Part shown: piece by piece, positions 52,378 to 61,578 of the stretch | Numbering within the stretch: position 1 is the stretch's first letter | Layout: every line of letters begins with the position of its first letter | DNA from: an uncultured Gemmatimonadales bacterium | GTDB lineage: Bacteria; Gemmatimonadota; Gemmatimonadetes; Gemmatimonadales; GWC2-71-9 | Assembly: GCA_963828735.1 (NCBI GenBank) | Contig: CAWHFW010000005.1 | Coordinates: 2,144,001-2,208,000 of the forward strand | Direction of reading: 5' to 3' | DNA: 64,000 nucleotides | Made by a program: the position numbers and the translations under genes | Notes under the pieces: model-generated | The model's database searches: none | Told to the model about the DNA's origin: nothing | What the model saw: the letters and a program-made list of their open reading frames with translations, nothing else

Positions 52378-52722
52378 ATGGAAGTCCACCCTGGCGTGTT
52401 CGTGTCCAGCATATCCACGGACGATTGGCGAGCCGACCCGGAGGTCGGCGGCGCCGCCGAAGAGCACGTGCTCTCCGATACAGGAGACATGCGAGCCGGA
52501 CTGAGCCGCTTCACGGCGGACGCGGATCCCGATCCGCCGCCCTGGAGACTGCCGCAGGCCGAGGTCCTCCTGGTGCTCGAGGGCGCAGCGCGGATCGAGA
52601 TCGAGGGTGGTCCCACGCTCGAGTTGAAGCCCGGCGACATGGCGTCACTCCCCAAAGGGGCGGTGACACGCTGGCATCTCACGCTGCCGTTCAAGGAGAT
52701 GTGGGTCCTCGCCGGCGCCTAG
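52378..52722 (+). CDS. Cupin (DUF861-like)
   Basis: EVLLVLEG.A.I...L.PGD...PKG...W. Confidence 0.85.
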   Translation: MEVHPGVFVSSISTDDWRADPEVGGAAEEHVLSDTGDMRAGLSRFTADADPDPPPWRLPQAEVLLVLEGAARIEIEGGPTLELKPGDMASLPKGAVTRWHLTLPFKEMWVLAGA

Positions 52723-52859
52723 CGGACAGGAATTGTACGTCGTATGGGGACGGCGTCTCGGAGAAGGCCGTCCAACGCGCAAGCGGCTGGCGTGAGGGCC
52801 TGCAGCCGATTTGCAAGTCGTTGAATGATCACAGTCCCGACGGAGAGGAGCCCCGACCG

Positions 52860-53087
52860 ATGGACGAGGATCGCCTGGCCCGCGTGCTCGAGGAGATCCG
52901 CGATCTGCAGCGGCAACAGGTCGAAGCCTATGCCCGCGCGTTGACCAATCAGCAGGACGCGATACGAATGCAGCGGGAGGGAGTCGTCCGAGTGCGCAAG
53001 CTCTTGGCTGGCGTCGGTGTGATCATCGTAATCGTACTCGTCACGGTGCTCGTGCTTCTCCGATACGTCCTGCGGCACTATGCCTGA
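52860..53087 (+). CDS. Small coiled-coil membrane protein
   Basis: LEEIRDLQRQQ...; single C-terminal TM; GAGGAG RBS. Confidence 0.7.
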   Translation: MDEDRLARVLEEIRDLQRQQVEAYARALTNQQDAIRMQREGVVRVRKLLAGVGVIIVIVLVTVLVLLRYVLRHYA

Positions 53088-54354
53088 GGATCGGCTCCGG
53101 CTGCGCCTCAAGAGCGACGGTCGGACTCCGGGCGCGGATGAGCGGTCCAAGGCCTCTTCGATCGAGCGGCAGCTCCTGCTCACCTACGATTTCCCGCCGA
53201 TCGGCGGCGGCATCGCACGGCTGTCCGGAGAGCTGGCCAAGCGCTACCCACCCGGCACCCTGCTGGTCTCGACCGGCCTCGTTCCGGGGAGCGAACAAGT
53301 GGACGGTCAGTTCCCGAATCCGGTGGATCGCGCCGGCATCAAGAGCACGCGGCTCCGCACCGTCCAGGGGCTTCTGGTCTGGACCCATCGGGTGAACCGC
53401 CTAGCGACCGCGTTCGACCCGGGCTTCGTCTGGTGCTGCAACCTCAAGCCCGCGGGCTTTCCCGCGCTGTGGCTCCGCCGGCGCCAAGGTATCCCCTACG
53501 GGATTCTCCTGCACGGGTCCGAGCTTCTCCTGTTGCGGCATCGCATCCGCACCTCGCCGCGAAAGCGCGTGGCGGCGCGGTGGGTCCTCCGGGATGCAGC
53601 CGTGCTCGCGGCCGTGAGCGAGTGGACCCGCCGCCTCTGCCTCGAGGTCCTGAGCGAAATGGGGTTACGGCGTGGGGAGAACGAGGTGCGGGCGATTCCG
53701 CTTGGCACCGACCCGGTCCACTTCCGCCCGGGCCTCGATACCCGGGCGGTCCGCACCCGGTACGGTCTCGATGAGGGCCGCTGGCTCCTCACCGTGGCGC
53801 GGCTCGCGGTCCACAAGGGCATCGACACCGGGCTCAGGGTGGTCGCGGGGCTGCGCGAGGCGTATCCGGATCTACGCTACGCCATCGTGGGCTCGGGGAT
53901 CAAGCAGCAGGAGCTCGAGGGGCTGGCCCGCAACCTCGGCGTCATGGATCGGGTGCGATTTCTCACCAACGTGCCGGACGCCGATCTTCCCATGCTCTAT
54001 AACTGCGCCGAGCTCTACCTCGGCCTGTCGCGTCCGGCGGAGCGGTTGATCGAGGGGTTCGGGATCTCGCTGTCGGAGGCATCCGCCTGCGGCATCCCGG
54101 TGATCGGGGGCCGGGCGGGTGGCATTCCCGATGCCGTGCGGGAGGGAGAAACCGGCGTCCTCGTGGACTCCACCGATCTGGCCGCCGTCGTCGCGTCGGT
54201 GCAGTCGCTGCTTCAGGACCGGCAGCTTGCCCGACGTCTGGGGGAGGGTGGCCGGCGAGCGGTGGAGGAATACTTCAACTGGGATCGGGTGACCGCGGAT
54301 GTTCGGCGGATCGGCGAGGAGCTCGCCATGTCAGCCGCGACGAGGAGCCGCTGA
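53080..54354 (+). CDS. Glycosyltransferase family 4 (PimB-like)
   Basis: TYDFPP..GGI, VARL..HKG, EGFGISLSEA, GGIPDAV. Confidence 0.92.
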   Translation: MPEDRLRLRLKSDGRTPGADERSKASSIERQLLLTYDFPPIGGGIARLSGELAKRYPPGTLLVSTGLVPGSEQVDGQFPNPVDRAGIKSTRLRTVQGLLVWTHRVNRLATAFDPGFVWCCNLKPAGFPALWLRRRQGIPYGILLHGSELLLLRHRIRTSPRKRVAARWVLRDAAVLAAVSEWTRRLCLEVLSEMGLRRGENEVRAIPLGTDPVHFRPGLDTRAVRTRYGLDEGRWLLTVARLAVHKGIDTGLRVVAGLREAYPDLRYAIVGSGIKQQELEGLARNLGVMDRVRFLTNVPDADLPMLYNCAELYLGLSRPAERLIEGFGISLSEASACGIPVIGGRAGGIPDAVREGETGVLVDSTDLAAVVASVQSLLQDRQLARRLGEGGRRAVEEYFNWDRVTADVRRIGEELAMSAATRSR

Positions 54355-54430
54355 GTTTTTCGACAGGATTGGGAGGGAGCGGGGTCGCCCGACCAGGAGT
54401 CGGCCGCCATCGCTCGACGCATGGCGTCGC

Positions 54431-54814
54431 TCAGGCCCGCGCCTCCCGCGGCACCGCGTTCGCGTGTCGCGCGAAGCACCGCCAGATCCCGTCCTCGAGC
54501 CGCCACAGGTTGGTGAACCGGCGGTTCGTGATTGTGCCTTCCGTCCCGTCCGTCACCCGGTCGCTCCCCATCACGACCACGACATTGCCGTGGCGACGCA
54601 CGAGCTCGATCTCCGACGTCAGCGACGTGTGCCGGATGCGGCCGGACTGAAGCAGCGCCAGCGTCCGCGCCTTGTCGTTCACGACGTTGATCGGCGAGTT
54701 CACGGCAAAGTCCTCGGTCCAGAGCCGGTCGAGGGTCGCGATGTCCGCGGCGAGGAAGGCGGTGCGGTTCTCCTCTTCGCGCGCCAGAATGTCCTGCTCC
54801 CAGCTGTTGCTCAT
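54431..54814 (-). CDS. DUF4440 / NTF2-like protein
   Basis: D...LDRLW..DF.VNSP, RRFTNLW...W. Confidence 0.85.
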   Translation of the reverse strand: MSNSWEQDILAREEENRTAFLAADIATLDRLWTEDFAVNSPINVVNDKARTLALLQSGRIRHTSLTSEIELVRRHGNVVVVMGSDRVTDGTEGTITNRRFTNLWRLEDGIWRCFARHANAVPREARA

Positions 54815-54959
54815 CGAGATCTCCTGTGCAGAAGTGCGGGGGCTCAAGCCCCGGATGCGGGTGAAACGTAGCCAGCCCTCCGCCGTTCTCACTTCGGTCC
54901 CCCGACCCCAGCTCGGCGTTCGCTGGCGCCCCCGCGCGGTGTCCATTTATTTCCTGCCG

Positions 54960-55853
54960 ATGCAGATCGGCATTGATCTCGGCGGCACCAAGATCGAAGG
55001 CATCGCCCTGGACGCGAGCATTCCGGTCGCCCTCCGGCGCCGCCTCGCGACCCCGCGCGACGACTATCCGGGAACGCTCGACGCCATCGTTCGCCTCGTC
55101 ACCGGGATCGAGGCCGAGGCCGGCCCCGGCTCGGTCGGCGTGGGCATCCCGGGCGTCGTCAGCCACGTCACCGGCGTGGTCAAGAACGCCAACTCCACCT
55201 GGCTCATCGGTCGGCCGCTGCAGGCGGACCTCGAGGCCCGCCTCTCCCGTCCGGTTCGCCTCGCCAACGACGCCAACTGCTTCACCCTGTCCGAGGCGAT
55301 CGACGGCGCGGGCCGCGGCTTCGAGACCGTCTTCGGCGTGATCCTTGGCACCGGTGTAGGTGGCGGCATCGCGATCCGGCAACGCATCCACGAGGGACCC
55401 AACCAGATCGCCGGCGAGTGGGGCCACAATCCGCTGCCGTGGATGACCGACGAGGAGCGCTCGACGGCGCGTCGGTGCTACTGCGGGAAGGTCGGGTGCA
55501 TCGAGACGTTCCTGTCGGGCCCCGGCTTCGAGCACGACGCCGGACGCTCCAGCCGGGACACCGTTCGGGCCGCGGCGGCCGGCGACGCTCGCGCCATCCA
55601 GGCGCTGGACGCATATGCGGAAAGGCTGGCGCGCGCGCTCGGTGCCGTCATCAACCTGCTGGACCCCGACGTGGTAGTCCTGGGAGGCGGGATGTCCAAC
55701 CTGCCGGACCTGCCGGCACGGGTGTCCGCCCTGTTGCCCAGGTATCTCTTCTCCGACACGGTTCTGACCAAGGTCGTCCTGAACTCGCACGGCGATTCGA
55801 GCGGGGTGCGAGGGGCAGCGTGGCTGTGGACCCCAGGGCAGGTACCTGCATGA
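54960..55853 (+). CDS. ROK family sugar kinase (Mak/fructokinase-like)
   Basis: GIDLGGTKIE, ANDANC, GTGVGGG, GEWGH, CYCG..GCIE. Confidence 0.93.
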   Translation: MQIGIDLGGTKIEGIALDASIPVALRRRLATPRDDYPGTLDAIVRLVTGIEAEAGPGSVGVGIPGVVSHVTGVVKNANSTWLIGRPLQADLEARLSRPVRLANDANCFTLSEAIDGAGRGFETVFGVILGTGVGGGIAIRQRIHEGPNQIAGEWGHNPLPWMTDEERSTARRCYCGKVGCIETFLSGPGFEHDAGRSSRDTVRAAAAGDARAIQALDAYAERLARALGAVINLLDPDVVVLGGGMSNLPDLPARVSALLPRYLFSDTVLTKVVLNSHGDSSGVRGAAWLWTPGQVPA

Positions 55854-56968
55854 ACGCCGCCGCCGTCCGCGCGCTCTTTCCCGGCCTCGCGGACACCGTC
55901 TACCTCAACACCGCCACGGTATCGGTCGGCTGCGCTGCCGCGCGGGCGGCGTACGAGCGGGCAGCGGAGCGGTGGTCGGCGGGACGGCTCGATTGGATGG
56001 AGGCCGAGCGGGCGGGCGAGGACGCCCGATCGATCTTCGCGCAAATCGTAGGCGCGCGGCCCGAGCATGTCGCGATCGTGCCGGCCGTGAGTACCGCCGC
56101 CGGGATCGTGGCGGCGAACCTGCGGCCCGGAAAGCCGGGCGAGAACGTCCTGGTCGGCGAGAACGAGTTCAGCTCGAACTATTTCCCGTGGCTGCTGCTT
56201 CGAGAGCGCGGTTACGAGGTCCGCGCCGTTCCCCCCGCCGGCGACGGCTTCTCGGCAGATGCGTTCGCCGAGCACGCGGATGGGGGAACCCGCCTCATTG
56301 CGGTGAGCGCCGTGCATTCGCCCACGGGCTACCAGGCGGACCTCGCCGCGTTCCGTCGCCTGGCCTCCCGCTCCGGTGCCTGGTTCTTCGTGGACGGCTG
56401 CCAGGCGGCCGGCGCGGTTCCGGTGGACGTGGTGCGCGACGAGGTGGATTTTCTGGCGGCCGCGAGTCACAAGTGGCTGCTCGGCGCCAGGGGGATGGGC
56501 TATCTCTACGTACGTCCCGAGCTCCTCGAGCGGATGCGCCCCATTCTGCCCGGGTGGAAGGCAGGGCGGACGCCGCACGAGAGCTTCTACGGCCCGGCCA
56601 TGCAGCTCTCGCCGACGGCGTCCAAGCTCGACACGTCGCTCGTCTGGTTCGCCGCGCTCGCCGAGCAGGCCGCACTCGGCATCTTCCGGCAGTTCGGGAT
56701 TGCCGCCCTGCTCGAGCGCAACGCGCAACTCTCCCGCCGCCTGCACGATGCGCTCGGCGCGCACTGCCCCGCGTTCCGGCCGTTCCCGGAGCGGCATCGC
56801 TCCACCATCGTCTCCATACCCGTGCGCGATACCGAGGCGGTCATGGCGCGGCTCGAGGCGGCCAACGTGGTCGCGGCGGTGCGCGCGGGCCGGGTGCGCC
56901 TGTCCGCGCATTTCTACAATCTCGAGGAGGAGATAGATCGCGTCGCCGAGCTGATCGGCGACGCGTGA
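55850..56968 (+). CDS. Class V PLP-dependent aminotransferase (cysteine desulfurase-like)
   Basis: YLNTA, VDGCQ, SHKWLLG, RLSAHFYN; ATGA overlap with the ROK gene. Confidence 0.9.
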   Translation: MNAAAVRALFPGLADTVYLNTATVSVGCAAARAAYERAAERWSAGRLDWMEAERAGEDARSIFAQIVGARPEHVAIVPAVSTAAGIVAANLRPGKPGENVLVGENEFSSNYFPWLLLRERGYEVRAVPPAGDGFSADAFAEHADGGTRLIAVSAVHSPTGYQADLAAFRRLASRSGAWFFVDGCQAAGAVPVDVVRDEVDFLAAASHKWLLGARGMGYLYVRPELLERMRPILPGWKAGRTPHESFYGPAMQLSPTASKLDTSLVWFAALAEQAALGIFRQFGIAALLERNAQLSRRLHDALGAHCPAFRPFPERHRSTIVSIPVRDTEAVMARLEAANVVAAVRAGRVRLSAHFYNLEEEIDRVAELIGDA

Positions 56969-57056
56969 GCGGCACATGACGATGAGCTCGATGCTCAGTG
57001 AGCCGGAGTCGTTCCGGTCAACGAGCACGCGCGGGGTTCGTCAGGTTGGAGAGAGC

Positions 57057-57242
57057 ATGCAGCGGCGCATCGTGGGCTTCCATCAGGATCAGGAGGGCGC
57101 GTGGGTGGCCGACCTCGAGTGCGGCCACGCCCGACACATGCGCCACGAGCCCCCATGGCAGGTCCGGCCATGGGTCACGACGCCCGAGGGTCGGTCCACC
57201 ATGATCGGGACTACGCTGGAGTGCGTCCACTGTGGGGAATGA
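57057..57242 (+). CDS. DUF3565 family small Cys/His protein
   Basis: GFHQD.EG.WVA.LECGH..H.RH.PPW...W...EGR....G..L.C..C. Confidence 0.85.
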   Translation: MQRRIVGFHQDQEGAWVADLECGHARHMRHEPPWQVRPWVTTPEGRSTMIGTTLECVHCGE

Positions 57243-57301
57243 GGTCGAGGGGCAGGAGGCGCACCACCATCGCATCGTGCGGGTTCGTTATCATTGAAAT
57301 T

Positions 57302-58515
57302 ATGCTAACCGCCGCTACCAAATCGCCACCACCAGCCGTCACGCCGTCCCAGGCCATCGCCGCGCAGGCCTCGTCAGCCGTCACCTGGCCGCTCACGGCA
57401 GTGCTGCTCTCCTCCGCCGCCATCGTCGTGGGCATTCTCTGGGACATCTCCTGGCACAAGACCGTCGGCCGGGACACGTTCTGGACCCTCCCGCACCTCG
57501 TGGAACAGTTCGGCGCCATCGTCGCGGGTGTGAGCTGCGGCTGGCTGGTGCTGCGCACCACCTTCGCCGGCTCCGATCCGCCAGCGCGCCGAGTCGGTGC
57601 GCTTCTGGGGTTTCCTCGGGCCGCTGGGCGCCTGGGTCACCATCTGGGGCACCTTCGTGATGATCACTTCCGCCCCGTTCGACAACTGGTGGCACGACGC
57701 CTATGGGCTCGACGTGAAGATCATGAGCCCCCCGCACATGGTCCTCGCCCTCGGGATGATCTCCGTGGTTCTCGGCGGCATGCTCATGGTGCTCGCGGCG
57801 CAGAACCGGGCCACGGACGCCGGAGAGGTACGGAAGCTCGCCTACGCGTTCGCCTTCGCCGGCGGACTGCTCGTGGTCATGGTGGCGACGATGATCTCGG
57901 AGTACGCCAGCCGGCCGAACAATATGCACCAGCCGCTCTTCTACCAGGTGGCGGCCGGGGCCTTTCCCGTCCTGCTTGTCGCCCTGGGCCGCTCGGGTAG
58001 GCTCCGGTTCCCGGCCACGGCGAGCGCCGCGGTGTACATGGGCATCATCCTGGCGACGATGTGGATCCTCCAGCTCTTTCCCGCCGAGGCCAGGCTGGCG
58101 CCGATCTACACCCGCGTCACGCACATGGTGCCGCCGGAATTTCCGCTCTTGCTCGTCGTGCCAGCGCTCGCGATCGACCTGCTGCTCCTACGCGGGCGGC
58201 CGCGGGCACGATTGGCTGCTGACCGTCGGCCTTGGACTCGCGTTCGTCTCCCTGTTGCTCGCCGTGCAGTGGTACTTCGGGGAGTTCCTGCTCTCGCCCG
58301 CCGCGCGGAATTTCTTCTTCGCGGCGGACCAGTGGCCGTACATGGTCCGGCCGGGGCCGTGGCAGCACCGCTTCTGGAGTGTCCCGGTGGATGCCGCGGG
58401 CAATCTCGACGGTGCGGCGCTGGCCCGCGGCCTGGGCTTCGCCGTGCTCATCGCGATGGGCTCCGCACGGATCGGGCTCTGGTGGGGCAACGGGATGTCG
58501 CGGGTGCTGCGATGA
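57302..58515 (+). CDS. Multi-TM protein with PmoC-like Cu-ligand motifs and a PmoA-like C-terminal half (frameshifts near 57580 and 58192)
   Basis: [19 protein letters not shown] (57440-57496) and [20 protein letters not shown] (57678-57737); assembled from ORFs 57101, 57597 and 57976. Confidence 0.75.
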
Positions 58516-60039
58516 GACCAGCGGCCGCTCGGCCCTGGGTCTCGTGGGACTCGTGGCACTGTGCTCGGCTCACGTAGGCAGCCCGGACGTCTGGTACGAG
58601 GGAGCTGCGGGACCCTACCACGTCGTGGTGTACGTGCGCCTCCCGGGCGTGGTCCCCGGGATCGCGGACATCAACGTGCAGGTGGTGGACGCGACGCCCG
58701 AGCAAGTCACGGCGCTGGTCAACCTGTACGATGCCAACGCAGGCACTCCGCCGGCGGATGTGGCCCGGCCGGTCGGCGGTGGCTGGTATGCGACCCGCCT
58801 CTGGATCATGGCGCCGGGCTCGAACAGCGTCACCATCAGCGTCAAGGGAGCAAAGGGCACCGGGACGACCATCGTACCCGTGGCGGCCGTGCCCAACCGG
58901 CGGCTCCCGCTCCAGCGCTCGCTCGGCATCATCCTCGGCGCGCTCGGCCTGTTCCTCTTCGCCGGCATCGTGACCATCATCGGGGCCGCCGTGCGCGAGG
59001 GCGTGCTGCCGCCCGGCGAGACTCCCCAGTCGCCGGCGGGTCCTGGGCGCGCGAGGCGCCATGGTGGCGAGCGGCCTGATCGTCGGGCTCGTGCTTCTGG
59101 GCGGATGGACGTGGTGGGACGGCGAGGACCGCGGCTTCGTCGAGCGGATGTATCGACCGTTCCCCACGGAGGCCGGGGTCGTGGGGCCGGGTCGCATCGG
59201 TCACTCCGGCTCGAGATCATGGACTCCGGGTGGATCATGCGGCGCGACTCGGTCTGGCTCAAGCAGCATGGCCAGCGTGCCTGGCCGCCGCTTGTGACCG
59301 ACCACGGCAAGCTGATGCACCTATTCCTGGTCCGGCAGTCGGACATGGACGCCTTCGCCCATGTTCATCCGACGACGGTGGACTCTGTGCGTTTCGATGT
59401 GCCCCTTCCCGCGCTGCCGGCGGGACGGTACCGAGTCTTCGCCGACCTCGTGCACGAGAGCGGGTTCGCGAAGACGCTGGTGACCAGTGTGGATCTTCCG
59501 GCCCCGACGCCCCGGCTCCAGCAGACACGGCCGGTGACGACGGCCTCTATCTGGGCTCCTCTGCGGCCGGAGATAAGGCGACCCTGGCGGATGGCGCCAC
59601 GGTGACCTGGGATCGCGGGAGCGCTCCGCTGGTCGCGGGCGCGCCGGCTGCGCTGAGCTTCACCGTGCAGGAGCCGACCGGGCAACCGGCGTCGCTCGAG
59701 CCCTATCTCGGAATGCCGGGACACGCGGTCGTGGTCCGGGACGACGGGGCCGTCTTCATTCATCTGCATCCGATGGGGACCGTGTCGCCCGCGGCGCAGG
59801 AGACCTTCACCCTGCGCCAGCAGGGCGACACCGTCGCCGGTGCCATCGGCTCACGGATCGCGTCCCAGGACTCGGCGATGGCCGTGGGCATGACGCACGC
59901 GTTTCCCGGCGGCCGGATCTCGTTCCCATATGCCTTCCCCCAGCCTGGCCGATACCGGATCTGGGTCCAGGTGAAGCGGGGCGGGCGGGTGGAGACGGCC
60001 GCGTTCGATGCCCAGGTGCGGACCGCGCTGCCTCGCTGA
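58512..60039 (+). CDS. Exported membrane-anchored putative copper-binding protein with predicted N-terminal His and PmoB-like topology (frameshifts near 58520, 59035, 59200, 59520)
   Basis: [11 protein letters not shown]; two TM helices at 58922-59117; [26 protein letters not shown] motifs; ATGA overlap with the upstream gene. Confidence 0.75.
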
Positions 60040-60048
60040 GCTCGGGCT

Positions 60049-60780
60049 CTACTTCGTCTTCGCCCAGACCAGATCCCACGCCTCCCGTCGCTCGGCGAAG
60101 TCCACGACGTGCCCGTCCGCGTCGCGCCGGAACACCTTCCGATACCGCGGCCGGCCGGGCACGAACAGCACGTCCCGCGTCTCGGCGCGCAGGGTGTCGG
60201 GCGCTCGCCCGGTCTCCTGCCCGACGAGCACGTCGCCGCTCCGGCGGATCTCGTAGCTCAGCTCCGGCGACAGTGTATACGTCCCCACCATCTCGTCGAG
60301 CGCCGCCGGCGTGAGCGCGACGCCCGGCGGGTCCGTGCGCAGCGCGAGGACCTGCGCGCCGATCAGCCGCCAGCCCGCCGGTGTCTTGAGCCACGTGTCG
60401 GTCGAGCGGTACTGGCAGTGGAGTGCATGCCCGTAGAAGGTCTCGTGCTCGTCGTCCACGTGGGTCGTCACGGCCACGTCGCCGTGGATCCTGGCAGTGA
60501 ACTCGACGATCTCGATCGACCCCGAGATCGTCTTCGGGAGGGGGCGGATGTCGCCCACCATCTCGCGCTTGGACCGGACGCTGCCGTCCTCGGTGGTGTA
60601 GCTGACGGTGGAATCCAGGTAGCGATCCCACACCGCCGCCGAGCCGGCCGAGACGGCATCGAGCAGCTCCTGCGTCTGACGCTGGAGCGTGGTGGTGACA
60701 TCATCGTTCGCGGACGCGGGGGGCGACGCGATACGCGCGCCGAGCACGAGCGCCGCGAGCGCCCACAGCCTGGATCCCAT
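60049..60780 (-). CDS. Secreted DUF4440 (NTF2-like) protein with C-terminal DUF3471-like domain
   Basis: Signal peptide; YRSTDTW...GWRLIGAQV, then L...LDEMVGTY. Confidence 0.8.
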   Translation of the reverse strand: MGSRLWALAALVLGARIASPPASANDDVTTTLQRQTQELLDAVSAGSAAVWDRYLDSTVSYTTEDGSVRSKREMVGDIRPLPKTISGSIEIVEFTARIHGDVAVTTHVDDEHETFYGHALHCQYRSTDTWLKTPAGWRLIGAQVLALRTDPPGVALTPAALDEMVGTYTLSPELSYEIRRSGDVLVGQETGRAPDTLRAETRDVLFVPGRPRYRKVFRRDADGHVVDFAERREAWDLVWAKTK

Positions 60781-60849
60781 ACTCACGCCTTGTCGAAGGT
60801 CGAATGTCGGTGCGCCGGGCACCGTGCGTTTCGAGGTGTGCGCGCTACC

Positions 60850-61545
60850 TCATCGCCTCGTGACGGTGATAGGACTGAAGTACGCGTCCGTTTCCACATG
60901 GGCCCACAGCGCGATCCGCCCGGGCCGGCCCCCGTGTTTCAGGTCGCTGATGACGAGGCACGGCTGCGCTGCGCCATTGATATAGAGCTTCGCCTTCGAT
61001 CCCGCCACTTCGATCCTCATCGTGGTCCACGAGCCTGCTTCCATGTCGGCGTACGACTCGTAGACCCCCGGGCTCTCCTTCCGAAGCCGGTACCAGGGGA
61101 ACTCCGGCTCGGACACGTACTGGACGGCATGATTGCGTCGGAGCTGGTCGTCGGCCCGTCCGTTGGTCGGCCGCAGATAGAACACGTCGGACCACGCGGC
61201 GTGTGGCCCGGTGCGAAAGCTGATGCCGATGAATCCTCGCGAGTCCGCGGGCATCCCGGGTCGCGGAGCTCCGGCCACGTCGATCTGGATCGTGCCGTCC
61301 CTGAAGTCCGGCCCGTCCAGCAGCGCCAGCATGTCCTCGTCTTTCCCCGCCGTCTCGGCCGCCGGGACGAGCTTCAGCGCCCGGACGCCACGATACGTGA
61401 CGACCTCGGTGTGTCCGTTCACGACCTCGGCGATGGCGGGCAGCTCGGCGGACATGCTCGACGACGCGCTCCGCAGCGTCTGGCCCGCTCCGACGAAAGT
61501 GAAGCCGACGGCAAGGAGGGCCGCTCCGACGACACGGCTCGTCAT
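60850..61545 (-). CDS. Secreted beta-sandwich (DUF1080/ConA-like) protein
   Basis: F.DGTI.IDVAG, GFIGISFR, FYLRPTNGRA.DQ.RRNHAVQY. Confidence 0.75.
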   Translation of the reverse strand: MTSRVVGAALLAVGFTFVGAGQTLRSASSSMSAELPAIAEVVNGHTEVVTYRGVRALKLVPAAETAGKDEDMLALLDGPDFRDGTIQIDVAGAPRPGMPADSRGFIGISFRTGPHAAWSDVFYLRPTNGRADDQLRRNHAVQYVSEPEFPWYRLRKESPGVYESYADMEAGSWTTMRIEVAGSKAKLYINGAAQPCLVISDLKHGGRPGRIALWAHVETDAYFSPITVTRR

Positions 61546-61578
61546 CCTACGCCTCCTGAACGATGGCACTGGCATGGA

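Noticed and set aside
57302..60039. Calling these genes bona fide pmoCAB/amoCAB
   Set aside because: Similarity is limited to motif spacing, short segments and topology. The N-domain lacks the PmoB HxH and overall identity is clearly low, so no gene symbols were assigned.
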